A stretch of 64,000 nucleotides of DNA. Source: Burkholderiales bacterium. GTDB lineage: Bacteria > Pseudomonadota > Gammaproteobacteria > Burkholderiales > Burkholderiaceae_C. The number at the start of each line of letters is the position of its first letter. Positions within the stretch are counted from its first letter, which is position 1. Below the pieces are notes generated by a model. It was not told the DNA's origin, did no database searches, and saw only the letters and a program-made list of their open reading frames with translations. The position numbers were made by a program, and so were the translations under genes. The stretch covers positions 13,449 through 77,448 of the forward strand of contig JBBQAI010000005.1 of NCBI GenBank assembly GCA_038316205.1, given 5' to 3'. Below are positions 1-10,305 of this stretch, piece after piece.

Positions 1-1
1 T

Positions 2-847
2 CAGAAACTCATTCGCACTCTTGCCGATGCGCTGGGTCAGCATCACCAGCTGGCCCACCGCCGACAGCTCGGCCGCCGAAGCGCCGCTCTGCAGTTTCAG
101 CGACGACACCGTCTCGGCGGTTTCCAGCAAGTCGGCGCTCTGGCGGTTGATGGCGCGCAGCGCCTGGCCCACCTGGGTCAGCGTCTTCTGCTGGCCCAGC
201 ACGGTGGCCGATGATTTTTCGGCGCGTTCCACCAGCGGCAGCAGCTTGTCCACTTGCTCTTGCAGATTGCCGGGCGCAGCGGCGATATCGCTGTCGCCGT
301 TCTTCAGCGCGCGCACGTTGTGGGTCAGCACGGCGATGCTGTCCTTGACTTCACCGAAGGCCGCAGCATTGCCCACCAGGGCCTGCGAGACCGACTTGGC
401 CAAGCGCTGCGACTGCGTACTGGCCTGTCCGGCAGCACCCACCTGGTCGGCGCTGCGGCCACTGGCCGACAGTGACAAACCGGCCCAGGCCAGCAGACCC
501 AGCAGGCCGGCCGCGAACAACACCACCAGGCTGCGCTGTTGGCGCGCAATGGGCCAGGCGCCGATGATGGGCAAGCCGCTGTTGAAGACGGCGGGCTCGG
601 CGCCCGGGGTCAGCAGGCGGCTGTCGTTGAAGTCGCCTGCCAATTCGGAAGGCGCGGCCTCGGAAATGATGGAGGCGTCTTCGTCCGGCGCATGCGTCTG
701 GGGCGGTGACAGGGTGCTCTGGCTCAGGCGCACGGTCGCTTCCATCGGGTTGGCCGGTGGCGCGAGTTCGTCGAAGGGAAGCAGGTCCGGCGCCTCGTCG
801 GCAGCGGGGGTGCGAGGGGTGCCCTTGATCCGGTCTAGAAAACTCAT
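2..847 (-). CDS. pilJ: Type IV pili methyl-accepting chemotaxis receptor PilJ, N-terminal part (runs off the left edge; not in the ORF track)
   Basis: Hand translation from ATG at 847 (RBS GAGAGG): MSFLDRIKG... acidic/Pro-rich tail, TM helix (SLVVLFAAGLLGLLAWAGL), then QSQRLAK and MLTQRIGK PilJ/NarX-like repeats. Lies directly downstream of pilG-pilH-pilI. Confidence 0.85.
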   Translation of the reverse strand, partial: MSFLDRIKGTPRTPAADEAPDLLPFDELAPPANPMEATVRLSQSTLSPPQTHAPDEDASIISEAAPSELAGDFNDSRLLTPGAEPAVFNSGLPIIGAWPIARQQRSLVVLFAAGLLGLLAWAGLSLSASGRSADQVGAAGQASTQSQRLAKSVSQALVGNAAAFGEVKDSIAVLTHNVRALKNGDSDIAAAPGNLQEQVDKLLPLVERAEKSSATVLGQQKTLTQVGQALRAINRQSADLLETAETVSSLKLQSGASAAELSAVGQLVMLTQRIGKSANEFL

Positions 848-962
848 GTCGTCCTCTCTGGGGTTCCGCTGCGTCAACGGAAACACCCGCGCGCAACGCC
901 GCAGCGTTCGGCGCGAGCCTGCTCATCGATCGGAAAATCTATCTCTAAATGGCCCACCGCAG

Positions 963-1508
963 TCATGCTGCGATGGCCAGAAACTGCTCGTTGCGGGCCA
1001 GCGCCCCAAGGTCGATCTCCTGCCACACGCGACCGTCTGCGTCGCGCCAACGGGCGCCCGCGAAAGCCGGCCGCGCGACCGCGCCGGTCCCGTCGGCCGT
1101 TTCGCCAGCCTCCAGCTTCAACTGCGTGGCGCTGCGCAAACCGGCCAGCTTGTCAACCAGCACCGCGCAATGTGCACCTTGGTTGGCGTTGAAGGCCAGC
1201 AGTTGCGACTGTTCACGCACGACGTCTACTGCGATGGGCGTTCGCAAACCCAGGAAGGCGGCGAGATCGACCACCCCGTGCAGCCCGCCGCGCAGATTGG
1301 CCACGCCCATGAACCAGGGGTGCGTGTGCGGCACCGTCAACAGTTTGCCCACCGGAAAGATTTCACCGGCCGTGGCCAACGGCACCAGAAAACCCAGCCC
1401 CGCGCACTCGACCGCCAACCAAGACTGCACGCGCACTTCGGTGCGCGCCTGCTGCAGGCGCAGTGCCAGCCGGGCTTGCAGTTCGCGCAGAGCGACGCGG
1501 TTGGCCAT
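963..1508 (-). CDS. pilI: CheW-like adaptor PilI
   Basis: MANRVALRELQARLA..., VPHTHPWFMGVANLRG CheW motif. ATG overlaps the pilH stop (TGATG). Confidence 0.9.
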   Translation of the reverse strand: MANRVALRELQARLALRLQQARTEVRVQSWLAVECAGLGFLVPLATAGEIFPVGKLLTVPHTHPWFMGVANLRGGLHGVVDLAAFLGLRTPIAVDVVREQSQLLAFNANQGAHCAVLVDKLAGLRSATQLKLEAGETADGTGAVARPAFAGARWRDADGRVWQEIDLGALARNEQFLAIAA

Positions 1509-1873
1509 CAGTCGAAGGCTTTGATCTTGGTCATCAGCTCTTCGGTGCTGACCGGCTTGACGATGTAATCGCGCGCACCCTGGCGCATGCCCCAGACCTT
1601 GTCGGTTTCCTGGTTCTTGCTGGTGCACATGATCACCGGCACATCGGCATAGCGCGCATCACGGGTGATGCTGCGCGTCAGCTGGAAACCGTTCTGGCCG
1701 GGCATCACCACGTCCATCAGGATGAGGTCGGGTTTTTCTTCGGCCAGGCGGCGCATCGCCTCTTCACCGTTTTCGGCGGTGCGCACGCTGTAGCCGCGCT
1801 TGCCGAGCACTTCGGAGAGATGGTGCAACTCGGTCTTCGAGTCATCGACGACAAGGATCTTGTGGATCGGCAT
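1508..1873 (-). CDS. pilH: Single-domain response regulator PilH
   Basis: ILVVDDS...LMDVVMPGQNGFQ...TSKNQETDKVWGMRQGA...KP receiver domain. Confidence 0.93.
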   Translation of the reverse strand: MPIHKILVVDDSKTELHHLSEVLGKRGYSVRTAENGEEAMRRLAEEKPDLILMDVVMPGQNGFQLTRSITRDARYADVPVIMCTSKNQETDKVWGMRQGARDYIVKPVSTEELMTKIKAFD

Positions 1874-1900
1874 CTGGGTGTCCTTGCAGGATCCGGCGCG

Positions 1901-2323
1901 CTAACGCGCGCTGCGCCGGTAGGCGTCAACGGCGCGCAGCAACTGCTCTTTGGTGAAGGGTTTGGTCAGGTAGTCTTCTGAGCCGACCATGCGCCCGCGG
2001 GCCTTGTCGAACAGACCGTCTTTGGACGACAGCATGATCACCGGTACGTGCGCGAAACGCGGATTGCGCTTGATGATGGCGCAGGTCTGGTAGCCGTCCA
2101 GGCGCGGCATCAGGATGTCGCAGAAAATGAGTTCAGGGTCGTGGTCGCTCACCTTGGCCAGCGCATCGAAGCCATCTTCGGCCAGCAGCACTTCATGACC
2201 ACCCTGGCGCAAGAAGATCTCGGCGCTGCGGCGTATGGTGTTGCTGTCGTCGATGACCAGCACTTTGGCGCCAACGGTCGCCGTGGTGTTGCCGCTTGCG
2301 CCCGCAGGTGCCTGTATCTCCAA
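1901..2323 (-). CDS. pilG: Single-domain response regulator PilG (start uncertain, TTG)
   Basis: DDSNTIRRSAE...DILMPRLDGYQTC...SSKDGLFDKARGRMVGSEDYLTKPF, characteristic PilG sequence. Confidence 0.93.
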   Translation of the reverse strand: MEIQAPAGASGNTTATVGAKVLVIDDSNTIRRSAEIFLRQGGHEVLLAEDGFDALAKVSDHDPELIFCDILMPRLDGYQTCAIIKRNPRFAHVPVIMLSSKDGLFDKARGRMVGSEDYLTKPFTKEQLLRAVDAYRRSAR

Positions 2324-2390
2324 GCGCTATCTCCTCAACGGCATCTGGCAGCGCGGGCCGCAGCCCTGAGGCCACAGACCTGGCAGCGGA

Positions 2391-2564
2391 CTAGACCGCG
2401 ATCATTTCGAAATCTTCCTTGCGGGCTCCACACTCGGGGCAGGTCCAGTTCATGTCGACGTCGGCCCACACGGTGCCCGGTGCGATACCGTGCTCCGGAT
2501 CACCATCGATTTCACTGTAGATCCAGCCACAGATCAGGCACATCCAGGTACGCGGTTCACTCAC
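2391..2564 (-). CDS. Rubredoxin (57 aa; below the ORF-track cutoff)
   Basis: Hand translation from GTG 2564: MSEPRTWMCLICGWIYSEIDGDPEHGIAPGTVWADVDMNWTCPECGARKEDFEMIAV*. Has two CxxC iron knuckles (CLIC, CPEC). Confidence 0.95.
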   Translation of the reverse strand: MSEPRTWMCLICGWIYSEIDGDPEHGIAPGTVWADVDMNWTCPECGARKEDFEMIAV

Positions 2565-2582
2565 GATTAGACCATCACCTCA

Positions 2583-2604
2583 CTACAATGGAAGAAGATT
2601 GTAG
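2583..2604. promoter_or_regulatory. Inverted repeat CTACAAT-N8-ATTGTAG giving a TACAAT -10-like box on each strand (rubredoxin / thiD-like divergent region)
   Basis: ctacaat ggaagaag attgtag read directly from the sequence. Confidence 0.5.
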
Positions 2605-2655
2605 CCATGCATTTCCGGCCAATTTCCGCACCGAAACCCGTGACCAGGCCTGCCC

Positions 2656-3621
2656 ATGATTCCCGAACTCACACCGGCCACGGCCATCGATGACCCCGGC
2701 ACCGAACCGCCGCCACCGGCCTGCGTGATGTGCTTCAACGCCAGCGACCCCAGCGGCGCTGGTGGCATTGCAGGCGACATTGCCACCATCGCCGCGATGG
2801 GCGCGCACGCGCTGCCGGTGGTCACCAGCATCGTGATGCGCGACACCGCCGACACCTTCGACCAACACGAGATCGAACCCGACGTGGTGGCCGAGCAGGC
2901 CCGCACGATCCTGGAAGACGTGACCATCGCCGGCTGGAAAGTCGGCTTCCTGGGCAGCGCCGACAACGTCAGCGCGGTGGCCGAAGTGCTCAGCGACTAC
3001 ACCGAGATTCCGCTGGTCAGCTATTTGCCCAATCTGAGCTGGATGGACGACGACCCGCTGCAGATGTACCTCGACGCCTTCCGGGAACTGATCTTGCCGG
3101 CCACCGAGGTGCTGGTGGGCAGCTACAAGACGCTGCAAGATTTCCTGCTACCCGATTGGGACAGCGAACGCCCGCCTTCGGCGCGCGAACTGGCAGTGGC
3201 CGCCGGCGAACACGGCACGCGCTACGTGCTGGTGACCGGCATCATGCTCAAGGGCAAGCTGTCGGGCGCAGGCCCCGAGCAGTACATCGACAACGTGCTG
3301 GCCTCGCCACAAGGTGCCATCACCGGCGAGAAGTTCGAACGCTTCGAGACCTCGTTCATGGCCGCCGGCGACACACTGGCAGCTTCCTTGGCCGCGCTGC
3401 TGGCGGCGGGCAGTGAACTGCAGCCGGCTGTTGGCGAGGCGCTGTCCTTCCTGGACCAGAGCCTGGACGCCGGCTTCCGCCCGGGCATGGGCCAGATCGT
3501 GCCCGACCGTTTCTTCTGGGCCCTGCCGCCGCCCGATGAGGACGAGATGGAAGAAGGCGGCATGCCGGAACCCGAACCCGAAGACCCCAGCAACAAAGGC
3601 GCAACGCGCCGTGTGCATTGA
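2656..3621 (+). CDS. Hydroxymethylpyrimidine/phosphomethylpyrimidine kinase family (ThiD-like, divergent)
   Basis: [12 protein letters not shown]...KVGFLGS PfkB/ThiD motifs; upstream of hemL; anion-hole motif reads AAGD rather than GTGC. Confidence 0.8.
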   Translation: MIPELTPATAIDDPGTEPPPPACVMCFNASDPSGAGGIAGDIATIAAMGAHALPVVTSIVMRDTADTFDQHEIEPDVVAEQARTILEDVTIAGWKVGFLGSADNVSAVAEVLSDYTEIPLVSYLPNLSWMDDDPLQMYLDAFRELILPATEVLVGSYKTLQDFLLPDWDSERPPSARELAVAAGEHGTRYVLVTGIMLKGKLSGAGPEQYIDNVLASPQGAITGEKFERFETSFMAAGDTLAASLAALLAAGSELQPAVGEALSFLDQSLDAGFRPGMGQIVPDRFFWALPPPDEDEMEEGGMPEPEPEDPSNKGATRRVH

Positions 3622-3650
3622 CCGCATTGATTGAATTGAAGTCTGCCGAC

Positions 3651-4955
3651 ATGAAGTCCAACGAAGAACTGTTTGCCCGCGCCCAGCGCGTCATTCCCGG
3701 CGGCGTGAATTCACCAGTGCGCGCCTTCCGCGCCGTGGGTGGCACGCCGCGTTTCATCCAGCGCGCCCAGGGCGCCTACATGTGGGACGCCGAGGGCAAG
3801 AAGTACATCGACTACATCGGCTCCTGGGGCCCGATGATCCTGGGCCACGGTCACCCGGCGGTGCTGGAAGCGGTGCACAAGGCGGCCGAAGACGGCTTCA
3901 GTTTCGGCGCACCGACCGAGCGCGAAATCGAACTGGCCGAAGCCATCATCGCCCTGGTACCTAGCGTCGAGCAGGTGCGCCTGGTCAGCAGCGGCACCGA
4001 GGCCGGCATGAGCGCGCTGCGCCTGGCGCGCGGCGCCACAGGCCGCAGCAAGTTCGTCAAGTTCGAAGGCTGCTACCACGGCCATGCCGACGCGCTGCTC
4101 GTGAAGGCCGGCTCGGGCCTGGCCACCTTTGGCCACCCGACCAGTGCCGGCGTGCCGGCCGACGTGGTCAAGCACACGCTGGTCCTGGAATACAACAACG
4201 TCGCGCAGCTCGAAGCCTGCTTCGCCGAACATGGCCCCGAACTGGCCTGCGTGATGATCGAACCCATTGCTGGCAACATGAATTTCGTGCGCGCCAGCCT
4301 GCCCTTCATGACCCGCCTGCGCGAGCTGTGCACGCAGCACGGCGCGCTGCTGGTGTTCGACGAAGTGATGTCCGGTTTCCGCGTGGCGCTGGGCAGTGCG
4401 CAGAGCCTCTACGCCCAGCTGATCCCCGGCTTCCAGCCCGACATGAGCGTCTTCGGCAAGGTCATTGGCGGCGGGATGCCGCTGGCCGCTTTCGGCGGCA
4501 GCAAGGCGGTGATGAGCATGCTGGCGCCGCTGGGACCGGTCTACCAGGCCGGCACCCTCAGCGGCAACCCGGTGGCCACGGCCTGCGGTTTGGCCACGCT
4601 GAAGGAAATCAGCAAGCCCGGCTTTTTCGACGCGCTGTCTGCGCGCACGACCAGCCTGGTGCGCGGTCTGGAAGGCGTGGCACGCGAAGCCGACGTGCCC
4701 TTCGTCGGCGACTGCCAAGGCGGCATGTTCGGCTTCTTCTTCGCCAGCGAACTGCCGCAGAACTACGGCGGCACCATGGCCACCGACAAGGACCGCTTCA
4801 ACCGCTATTTCCACGCCATGCTGGACGGTGGTGTCTACCTGGCGCCGGCGCTCTACGAAGCCGGTTTCGTCAGCGCCGCGCACAGCGAACAAGACATCGC
4901 CGCCACGCTGGAAGCTTCCCGCGCCGCCTTGCACGCCGCACTGCGCGCTGCATGA
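3651..4955 (+). CDS. hemL: Glutamate-1-semialdehyde 2,1-aminomutase
   Basis: [53 protein letters not shown]. Confidence 0.97.
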   Translation: MKSNEELFARAQRVIPGGVNSPVRAFRAVGGTPRFIQRAQGAYMWDAEGKKYIDYIGSWGPMILGHGHPAVLEAVHKAAEDGFSFGAPTEREIELAEAIIALVPSVEQVRLVSSGTEAGMSALRLARGATGRSKFVKFEGCYHGHADALLVKAGSGLATFGHPTSAGVPADVVKHTLVLEYNNVAQLEACFAEHGPELACVMIEPIAGNMNFVRASLPFMTRLRELCTQHGALLVFDEVMSGFRVALGSAQSLYAQLIPGFQPDMSVFGKVIGGGMPLAAFGGSKAVMSMLAPLGPVYQAGTLSGNPVATACGLATLKEISKPGFFDALSARTTSLVRGLEGVAREADVPFVGDCQGGMFGFFFASELPQNYGGTMATDKDRFNRYFHAMLDGGVYLAPALYEAGFVSAAHSEQDIAATLEASRAALHAALRAA

Positions 4956-5785
4956 TCAAGCCGACCACGGCGCTGGGGCAGCCGGCGATGTGGCTGCGCG
5001 CGCCCGACGGTGCGCAGGCAACCGTCTTGCTGCACGGCGCCACGCTGGTCAGCTGGATACCGGCCGGCGGCCATGAAAGGCTGTACGTGTCGCCGCTCGC
5101 CGAGGCCGGCCCGGGCAAAGCCGTGCGGGGTGGCGTGCCGGTGATCTTTCCGCAATTCGCTGAGCGCGGCCCGCTGCCGCGCCACGGCTTCGCACGCAAC
5201 CGCGCCTGGCAGTGGATGGAAGGCGCCGAGCGCAGCGGCAATGTCATCGGCGTGCTGAGGCTGCGCGACGACGAAGCCACACGCGCCATCTGGCCGCACG
5301 CCTTCGAGGCCGAGCTGAGCTTCAGCCTCAGCGGCCAGCAGCTCGACGTGGAACTGGCCATCACCAACTGCGGTGAGGCGCCCTTCAATTTCAGCGCCGC
5401 GCTGCACAGCTACCTGGCCGTGGGTGACCTGCAGCGCAGCCAGATCGGCGGCCTGCTGGGCGTGCGCTACACCGACAGCCTGAGCGGCCACCAGCAGCAA
5501 CAGGAACTCGACCCCTTTGGCTTTGCGGGCGAGATCGACCGCATCTTCTGGGACGCCACCGGCGCGCAGCACCTGGTCAGCCCAGCGGGCCGCCTGCTGA
5601 TCAGCCGCGAGGGATTTGCCGACGTGGTGGTGTGGAACCCCGGCCCGACCCAGGCGGCCGCCATGGCCGACCTGCCCGATGACGACTGGCTGGCAATGCT
5701 GTGCGTGGAAGCGGCGCAGATTGGCGAGCCCGTTGTCCTGGCGGCCGGCCAGGAATGGGTGGCACGGCAGAGCTTCACGGCTTGA
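4952..5785 (+). CDS. D-hexose-6-phosphate mutarotase / aldose 1-epimerase family (YeaD-like)
   Basis: [36 protein letters not shown] overlap with the hemL stop. Confidence 0.9.
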   Translation: MIKPTTALGQPAMWLRAPDGAQATVLLHGATLVSWIPAGGHERLYVSPLAEAGPGKAVRGGVPVIFPQFAERGPLPRHGFARNRAWQWMEGAERSGNVIGVLRLRDDEATRAIWPHAFEAELSFSLSGQQLDVELAITNCGEAPFNFSAALHSYLAVGDLQRSQIGGLLGVRYTDSLSGHQQQQELDPFGFAGEIDRIFWDATGAQHLVSPAGRLLISREGFADVVVWNPGPTQAAAMADLPDDDWLAMLCVEAAQIGEPVVLAAGQEWVARQSFTA

Positions 5786-5867
5786 CGCAGCCCCACTGAC
5801 CGCGCCGCAAAGACGTCGCTGGACCACTGGCTGGCCTGCGCAGGCCGCCTCCTAGAATGAATCGATC

Positions 5868-7259
5868 ATGCACATACACATCCTGGGCGTCTGCGGCACC
5901 TTCATGGGCGGCCTGGCCGCCCTGGCCCGCGAAGCCGGCCACCGCGTCACCGGTTGCGACACTGGCGTCTACCCGCCGATGAGCGACCAACTGCGCGCCC
6001 TGGGCGTCGAGATCATCGAAGGCTACGGCGCCGACCAATTGGCGCTCAAGCCCGATTTATTCGTTATCGGCAACGTGGTCACGCGCGGTTTCCCGCTGAT
6101 GGAAGCCATCCTCGACGCCGGCGTGCCCTACACCAGCGGCCCGCAGTGGCTGGCCGAACACGTGCTGCAGGGCCGGCATGTTCTGGCCGTGGCCGGCACC
6201 CACGGCAAGACCACGACGACGGCCATGCTGGCCTGGATCGTCGATCAGGCCGGCCTGGATGTAGACGGCGTGCGGGTCCAGCCAGGCTTTCTGGTCGGCG
6301 GTGTGCCACTGAACTTCGGCGTCTCGGCGCGGTTGGGCACGGTGGCGCCGAATTCGCCGTTCGTCATCGAGGCCGACGAGTACGACACGGCCTTGTTCGA
6401 CAAGCGCAGCAAGTTCGTCCACTACCGGCCGCGCACCGCCATCCTGAACAACCTGGAACACGACCACGCCGACATCTTCCCCGACCTGGCCAGCATCGAG
6501 ACGCAGTTCCACCATCTGGTGCGCACGGTGCCATCCACCGGCCGCCTGGTGGTGAATGCGCGCGACGCTGCGCTGGCCCGCGTGCTGGCACGCGGCTGCT
6601 GGAGCGAGGTGCTGCGTTTCGGCACCAAACGCGAAGAACCCGGCGGTCTGTGCGCTCGCGGCGAGCCGCAGGCCTTCGACGTGCTGCGCGGCAGCCTGAA
6701 GCTGGGTCGCGTTGAATGGACGCTGCTGGGTGAACACAACCAGATGAACGCGCTGGCCGCCATCGGTGCGGCCGAGCACGTGGGCGTGGCGCCTGACGCC
6801 GCCTGCGCCGCGCTGAACAGCTTCCAAAACGTGCGCCGCCGCCTGGAATTGCGTGGCGAGGTGGCGGGCGTGAAGGTCTACGACGACTTCGCCCACCACC
6901 CCACGGCCATGCGCACCACCGTCGATGGCCTGCGCCGGAAAGTGGGCGTGGGCGGCCGCATCCTGGCCATCTTCGAGCCCCGTTCCAACACCATGAAGCT
7001 GGGCACGATGAAGGCCCTGCTGCCCTGGGCGCTCGAAGAGGCTGACTTGAGCTTCTGCCTGCAGGGCAACTACGGCTGGAGCACCGCGCAGGCACTGGCG
7101 CCACTGGGTCCCAAGGCCGTGGTGCGCGACAGCGTGGACGCGCTGGTGACCGAGATCGTGCAGACGGCCCGGCCCGGCGACCACCTGCTGTGCATGAGCA
7201 ACGGCGGCTTCGGCGGCATTCACGACAAGCTGCTGGCCGGTTTGGCGGCACAGGGCTGA
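5868..7259 (+). CDS. mpl: Murein peptide ligase
   Basis: MHIHILGVCGTFMGG, AGTHGKTTT, EADEYDTA, DDFAHHPTA, MSNGGFGG. Confidence 0.97.
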   Translation: MHIHILGVCGTFMGGLAALAREAGHRVTGCDTGVYPPMSDQLRALGVEIIEGYGADQLALKPDLFVIGNVVTRGFPLMEAILDAGVPYTSGPQWLAEHVLQGRHVLAVAGTHGKTTTTAMLAWIVDQAGLDVDGVRVQPGFLVGGVPLNFGVSARLGTVAPNSPFVIEADEYDTALFDKRSKFVHYRPRTAILNNLEHDHADIFPDLASIETQFHHLVRTVPSTGRLVVNARDAALARVLARGCWSEVLRFGTKREEPGGLCARGEPQAFDVLRGSLKLGRVEWTLLGEHNQMNALAAIGAAEHVGVAPDAACAALNSFQNVRRRLELRGEVAGVKVYDDFAHHPTAMRTTVDGLRRKVGVGGRILAIFEPRSNTMKLGTMKALLPWALEEADLSFCLQGNYGWSTAQALAPLGPKAVVRDSVDALVTEIVQTARPGDHLLCMSNGGFGGIHDKLLAGLAAQG

Positions 7260-7391
7260 AGCACACCGCCGTGCAAGCCGCGATGCGTTGCGCGACAGGC
7301 TGCGCAACTTCAACTTCGTTTACCTGCCCTGCGGCCGAATTGCGCGGTCTTTTGCGATAAGGTCCCGCGCTTCGAATTCGCAGGATCGCCC

Positions 7392-10202
7392 ATGTCACGT
7401 TTGCCGCAGTCGCGTTTTGCCCCGTCCCGTTTTGCCTTGGCTGCCCCCGTGCTGCTGAGCGCCGTTGCCGCTGTGCTGGCAGGCTGCGCCAGCGTCGGCG
7501 CACCGCCCGAAACGGCAGCCGCGCCCCCTACGCCTGCCGCAGTCGGCAGTGCGACGGCCGCGTCCGCTTCAAGCGCTGTCGCCTCCGCCCGCCCCAGCGG
7601 TCCGGCCGGCGCTGCGTCGGCACCCCTGGTCCGCACCACGCCGGCCGTGCCGCCCGGCACGCCCGCGCCATTCGCCGAAGTCACGCGCGACGCCACCAGC
7701 AAGGCCGGCTACCTGACGGTCTGGACCAAGGACGACAAGACCTGGCTGGAGATCCCGGCCGACCGCCTGAACCAGCCTTTTTTCCTGAGCGCTTCGCTGG
7801 CCAGCGGCCTGGGTGAACGCGGCTTCTGGCCGGGCTTGATGGGCGGCCGTCAGCAGGTGGTGGTGCTACGCCGCGTCGGCAACACCGTGCAGATGGTCGC
7901 GCGCAACCTGCAGGTGCGGGCACCCGACGGAACGCCGCTGGCGCGAGCCGTCGGCGAAAGCTATTCGGAAAGCCTGATCGGCGTGGCGCCGCTGGCCGCC
8001 GCTGCCCACCCGCAGCGCAAGTCGCTGCTGGTGGACGTGCAGGCGCTGTTGGGCAGCGACATCCCCGGCACGCAGACGCAGCTGGAAGCCAGCTACCGCC
8101 TGGCCTACATCCACGACCGCAGCAATTCGTCGGTGGAACGCACACGCACCTCGGGCGACGGCACGGCCATCACGATGCGTTCGCACTTCACCGTGCCCAA
8201 GTTGCCAGCGCCGCCAGTCTTCGCACCCGGCGCGCCGCCACCCAACCCGGCCGCGCTGCCCAACCCGCCCACCGTCGTGCCCGACGCGCGCAGCCTGTTC
8301 CTGAGCTACACCTACACGCTGGCCCCGCTGCCGCTGGAGCCGATGAAGCCGCGCCGCGCCGACCAGCGCGTGGGCTTTTTCAGCGAAGCCTATTTCGACC
8401 TGGCAAACGACAACGGCGGCGACAGCCGCACCCACCTGGTTCGCCGCTGGCGTCTCGAAAAGAAAGACCCGGCGGCGGCCGTGTCTGAACCCAAGCAGCC
8501 CATCCGCGTGGTGATGGATCGCAACATCCCTGAGAAATGGCGGCCCGCGCTGCGCGAGGCCATCCTGGAATGGAACAAAGCCTTCGAGCGCGCCGGCTTC
8601 AAGAACGCCATCGCGGTGGAACAGCAGGCCAACGACGCCGACTGGTCGTCGCTGGAAGGCACCCACATCCTGGCCGTGCGCTGGTTCGCGCTGGAAGGCC
8701 CGGGCGCCACCGCCGTCGGCCCCAGCCAGAGTGACCCGCGCACCGGCGAAATTTTGCGCGGCGCGGCCATCATCCCTGAGAACTGGGCAAGGCTGGAACG
8801 CACCCGGGTGCGCGAAACGCTGCCGACCGTGGCCCTGAACATGGCCAACCCTGCCAGCCTGACCGCCGAAGACCTGTGCAGCTACGGCAACGACGCGCTG
8901 GAAGAAGCCAGCAGCGGCCTGGAACTGCTGACGCTGCGCGGCGAGATCGACCCCAACAGCCCGCAAGGCGAGCGCTACATCGCCGGCGCGCTGAAGGACG
9001 TGACCATGCACGAGGTCGGCCACGCGCTGGGCCTGCGCCACAACTTCCGCGCGTCCACCAGCGTCACCCCGGCGCAATTGCGCGACCCCAAGTTCACCGC
9101 TGCCAACGGCGTTTCGAACTCGGTGATGGACTACAACGGCTTGAACATCTCGCTCGACGGTGAGCGCATCGCCGACTACGTGATGCCCACGCTGGGCGCC
9201 TACGACTACTGGGCCATCGAATACGGCTACCGCGAATTTCCGGCGGCCACCGAGGCAGCGGATCTGGCCCAACTGGCGGCCAAGTCGGAAAGCAACCCGA
9301 CACTGGCCTATTCGACTGACGAAGACATTTTCGGCATCGACCCACTGGTCAACCAGCGCGACCTGGGCGACGACCCGCTGGCCTATGCGCAACGCAACAT
9401 CAAGCTGGGGCGCGAACTGTGGGCCCGCACCGAAAGCCGCGTGCTGCCGGCCGACGACGACCTGACCGTCTACCGCCGCAACCTGTCGCGCAGCCTGGCC
9501 ACGCTGGCCAACGCGGTGCCGATGATCGCCAAATACGTCGGCGGCACCTACACCTCGCGTTCGCTCAGCGGCGGCAAGCAGGCGCTGCTGGTGCCGGTGC
9601 CGGCGGCCAAGCAGAAGGCCGCGCTGGACCTGCTGGTCGGCGAAGTCTTCACCACCACCAGCCTGCGCTTCGACCCGAAGATCATGAGCCGCCTGGGTGT
9701 TGATCAACTGGATCGCACCGGCCCCAACCGCTTGGTCGCCAACGTGGACTACAGCATCGCCGAAGCGGTGCTCGCCATCCAGCGCAGCGCCCTGGACGCG
9801 CTGATGTCTGACGGGCTGGCCTCGCGCCTGTCGGACGCAGAAACCAAGGTCACCGACACGCGGTCGCTGCTGAGCTTTGCCGATGTGCAGGAGCAAGTCC
9901 GTTCGGCATCGTGGTCCGAGTTGAAGGGCAAGGGCGGCAAGAAAGGCGAGATCGACAGCCGGCGGCGCAGCCTGCAGCGCGAGCACCTGCGCCGCCTGGC
10001 AGCCGGCCTGCTGCGCCCCACCTCAGCGGCCGCCACCGATGTGCGCGCCGTCTACCGCCAAGCGGCCGTGCGGCTGGAAAGTGAACTGAAGACGGCAGTG
10101 GCGGCTGGCGGTTGGACCTCGATCGCCCAGGCCCACCTGGCCGACAGCCTGGCCACGGTCAGCGAAGCTTTGCGCGCACCGCTGAACAAGCAGGGCGTCT
10201 GA
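7392..10202 (+). CDS. Zinc-dependent metalloprotease lipoprotein (metzincin, DUF5117/DUF5118/EcxA-like)
   Basis: Lipobox LAGC; HEVGHALGLRHNF zinc motif; Met-turn SVMDY; YDYWAIEYGY; MKPRRADQRVGFF. Confidence 0.88.
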   Translation: MSRLPQSRFAPSRFALAAPVLLSAVAAVLAGCASVGAPPETAAAPPTPAAVGSATAASASSAVASARPSGPAGAASAPLVRTTPAVPPGTPAPFAEVTRDATSKAGYLTVWTKDDKTWLEIPADRLNQPFFLSASLASGLGERGFWPGLMGGRQQVVVLRRVGNTVQMVARNLQVRAPDGTPLARAVGESYSESLIGVAPLAAAAHPQRKSLLVDVQALLGSDIPGTQTQLEASYRLAYIHDRSNSSVERTRTSGDGTAITMRSHFTVPKLPAPPVFAPGAPPPNPAALPNPPTVVPDARSLFLSYTYTLAPLPLEPMKPRRADQRVGFFSEAYFDLANDNGGDSRTHLVRRWRLEKKDPAAAVSEPKQPIRVVMDRNIPEKWRPALREAILEWNKAFERAGFKNAIAVEQQANDADWSSLEGTHILAVRWFALEGPGATAVGPSQSDPRTGEILRGAAIIPENWARLERTRVRETLPTVALNMANPASLTAEDLCSYGNDALEEASSGLELLTLRGEIDPNSPQGERYIAGALKDVTMHEVGHALGLRHNFRASTSVTPAQLRDPKFTAANGVSNSVMDYNGLNISLDGERIADYVMPTLGAYDYWAIEYGYREFPAATEAADLAQLAAKSESNPTLAYSTDEDIFGIDPLVNQRDLGDDPLAYAQRNIKLGRELWARTESRVLPADDDLTVYRRNLSRSLATLANAVPMIAKYVGGTYTSRSLSGGKQALLVPVPAAKQKAALDLLVGEVFTTTSLRFDPKIMSRLGVDQLDRTGPNRLVANVDYSIAEAVLAIQRSALDALMSDGLASRLSDAETKVTDTRSLLSFADVQEQVRSASWSELKGKGGKKGEIDSRRRSLQREHLRRLAAGLLRPTSAAATDVRAVYRQAAVRLESELKTAVAAGGWTSIAQAHLADSLATVSEALRAPLNKQGV

Positions 10203-10305
10203 TGGCGTGATGTTCGGCTGAAAGATGCACAGACCGGGGTCTGCCGTCGGCAGGCCCTGGCCATGTATCGGCGGCCGTCACGCTTCCCCGGCGACAATCC
10301 TGCCC

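Noticed and set aside
21-1568. 515-aa + strand ORF and other long antisense/alternate-frame ORFs (e.g. 7866..9986, 10375..12285, 35712..37781, 40330..42201)
   Set aside because: Shadow ORFs of well-supported genes, expected at high GC; no recognisable motifs.
4328-4951. Long N-terminal extensions or apparent fusions in the ORF track (4328.., 13289.., 14224.., 37751..38881, 46919.., 48340.., 49248..)
   Set aside because: The extensions overlap upstream genes in another frame; the real starts are at the stop/start overlaps or downstream start codons.
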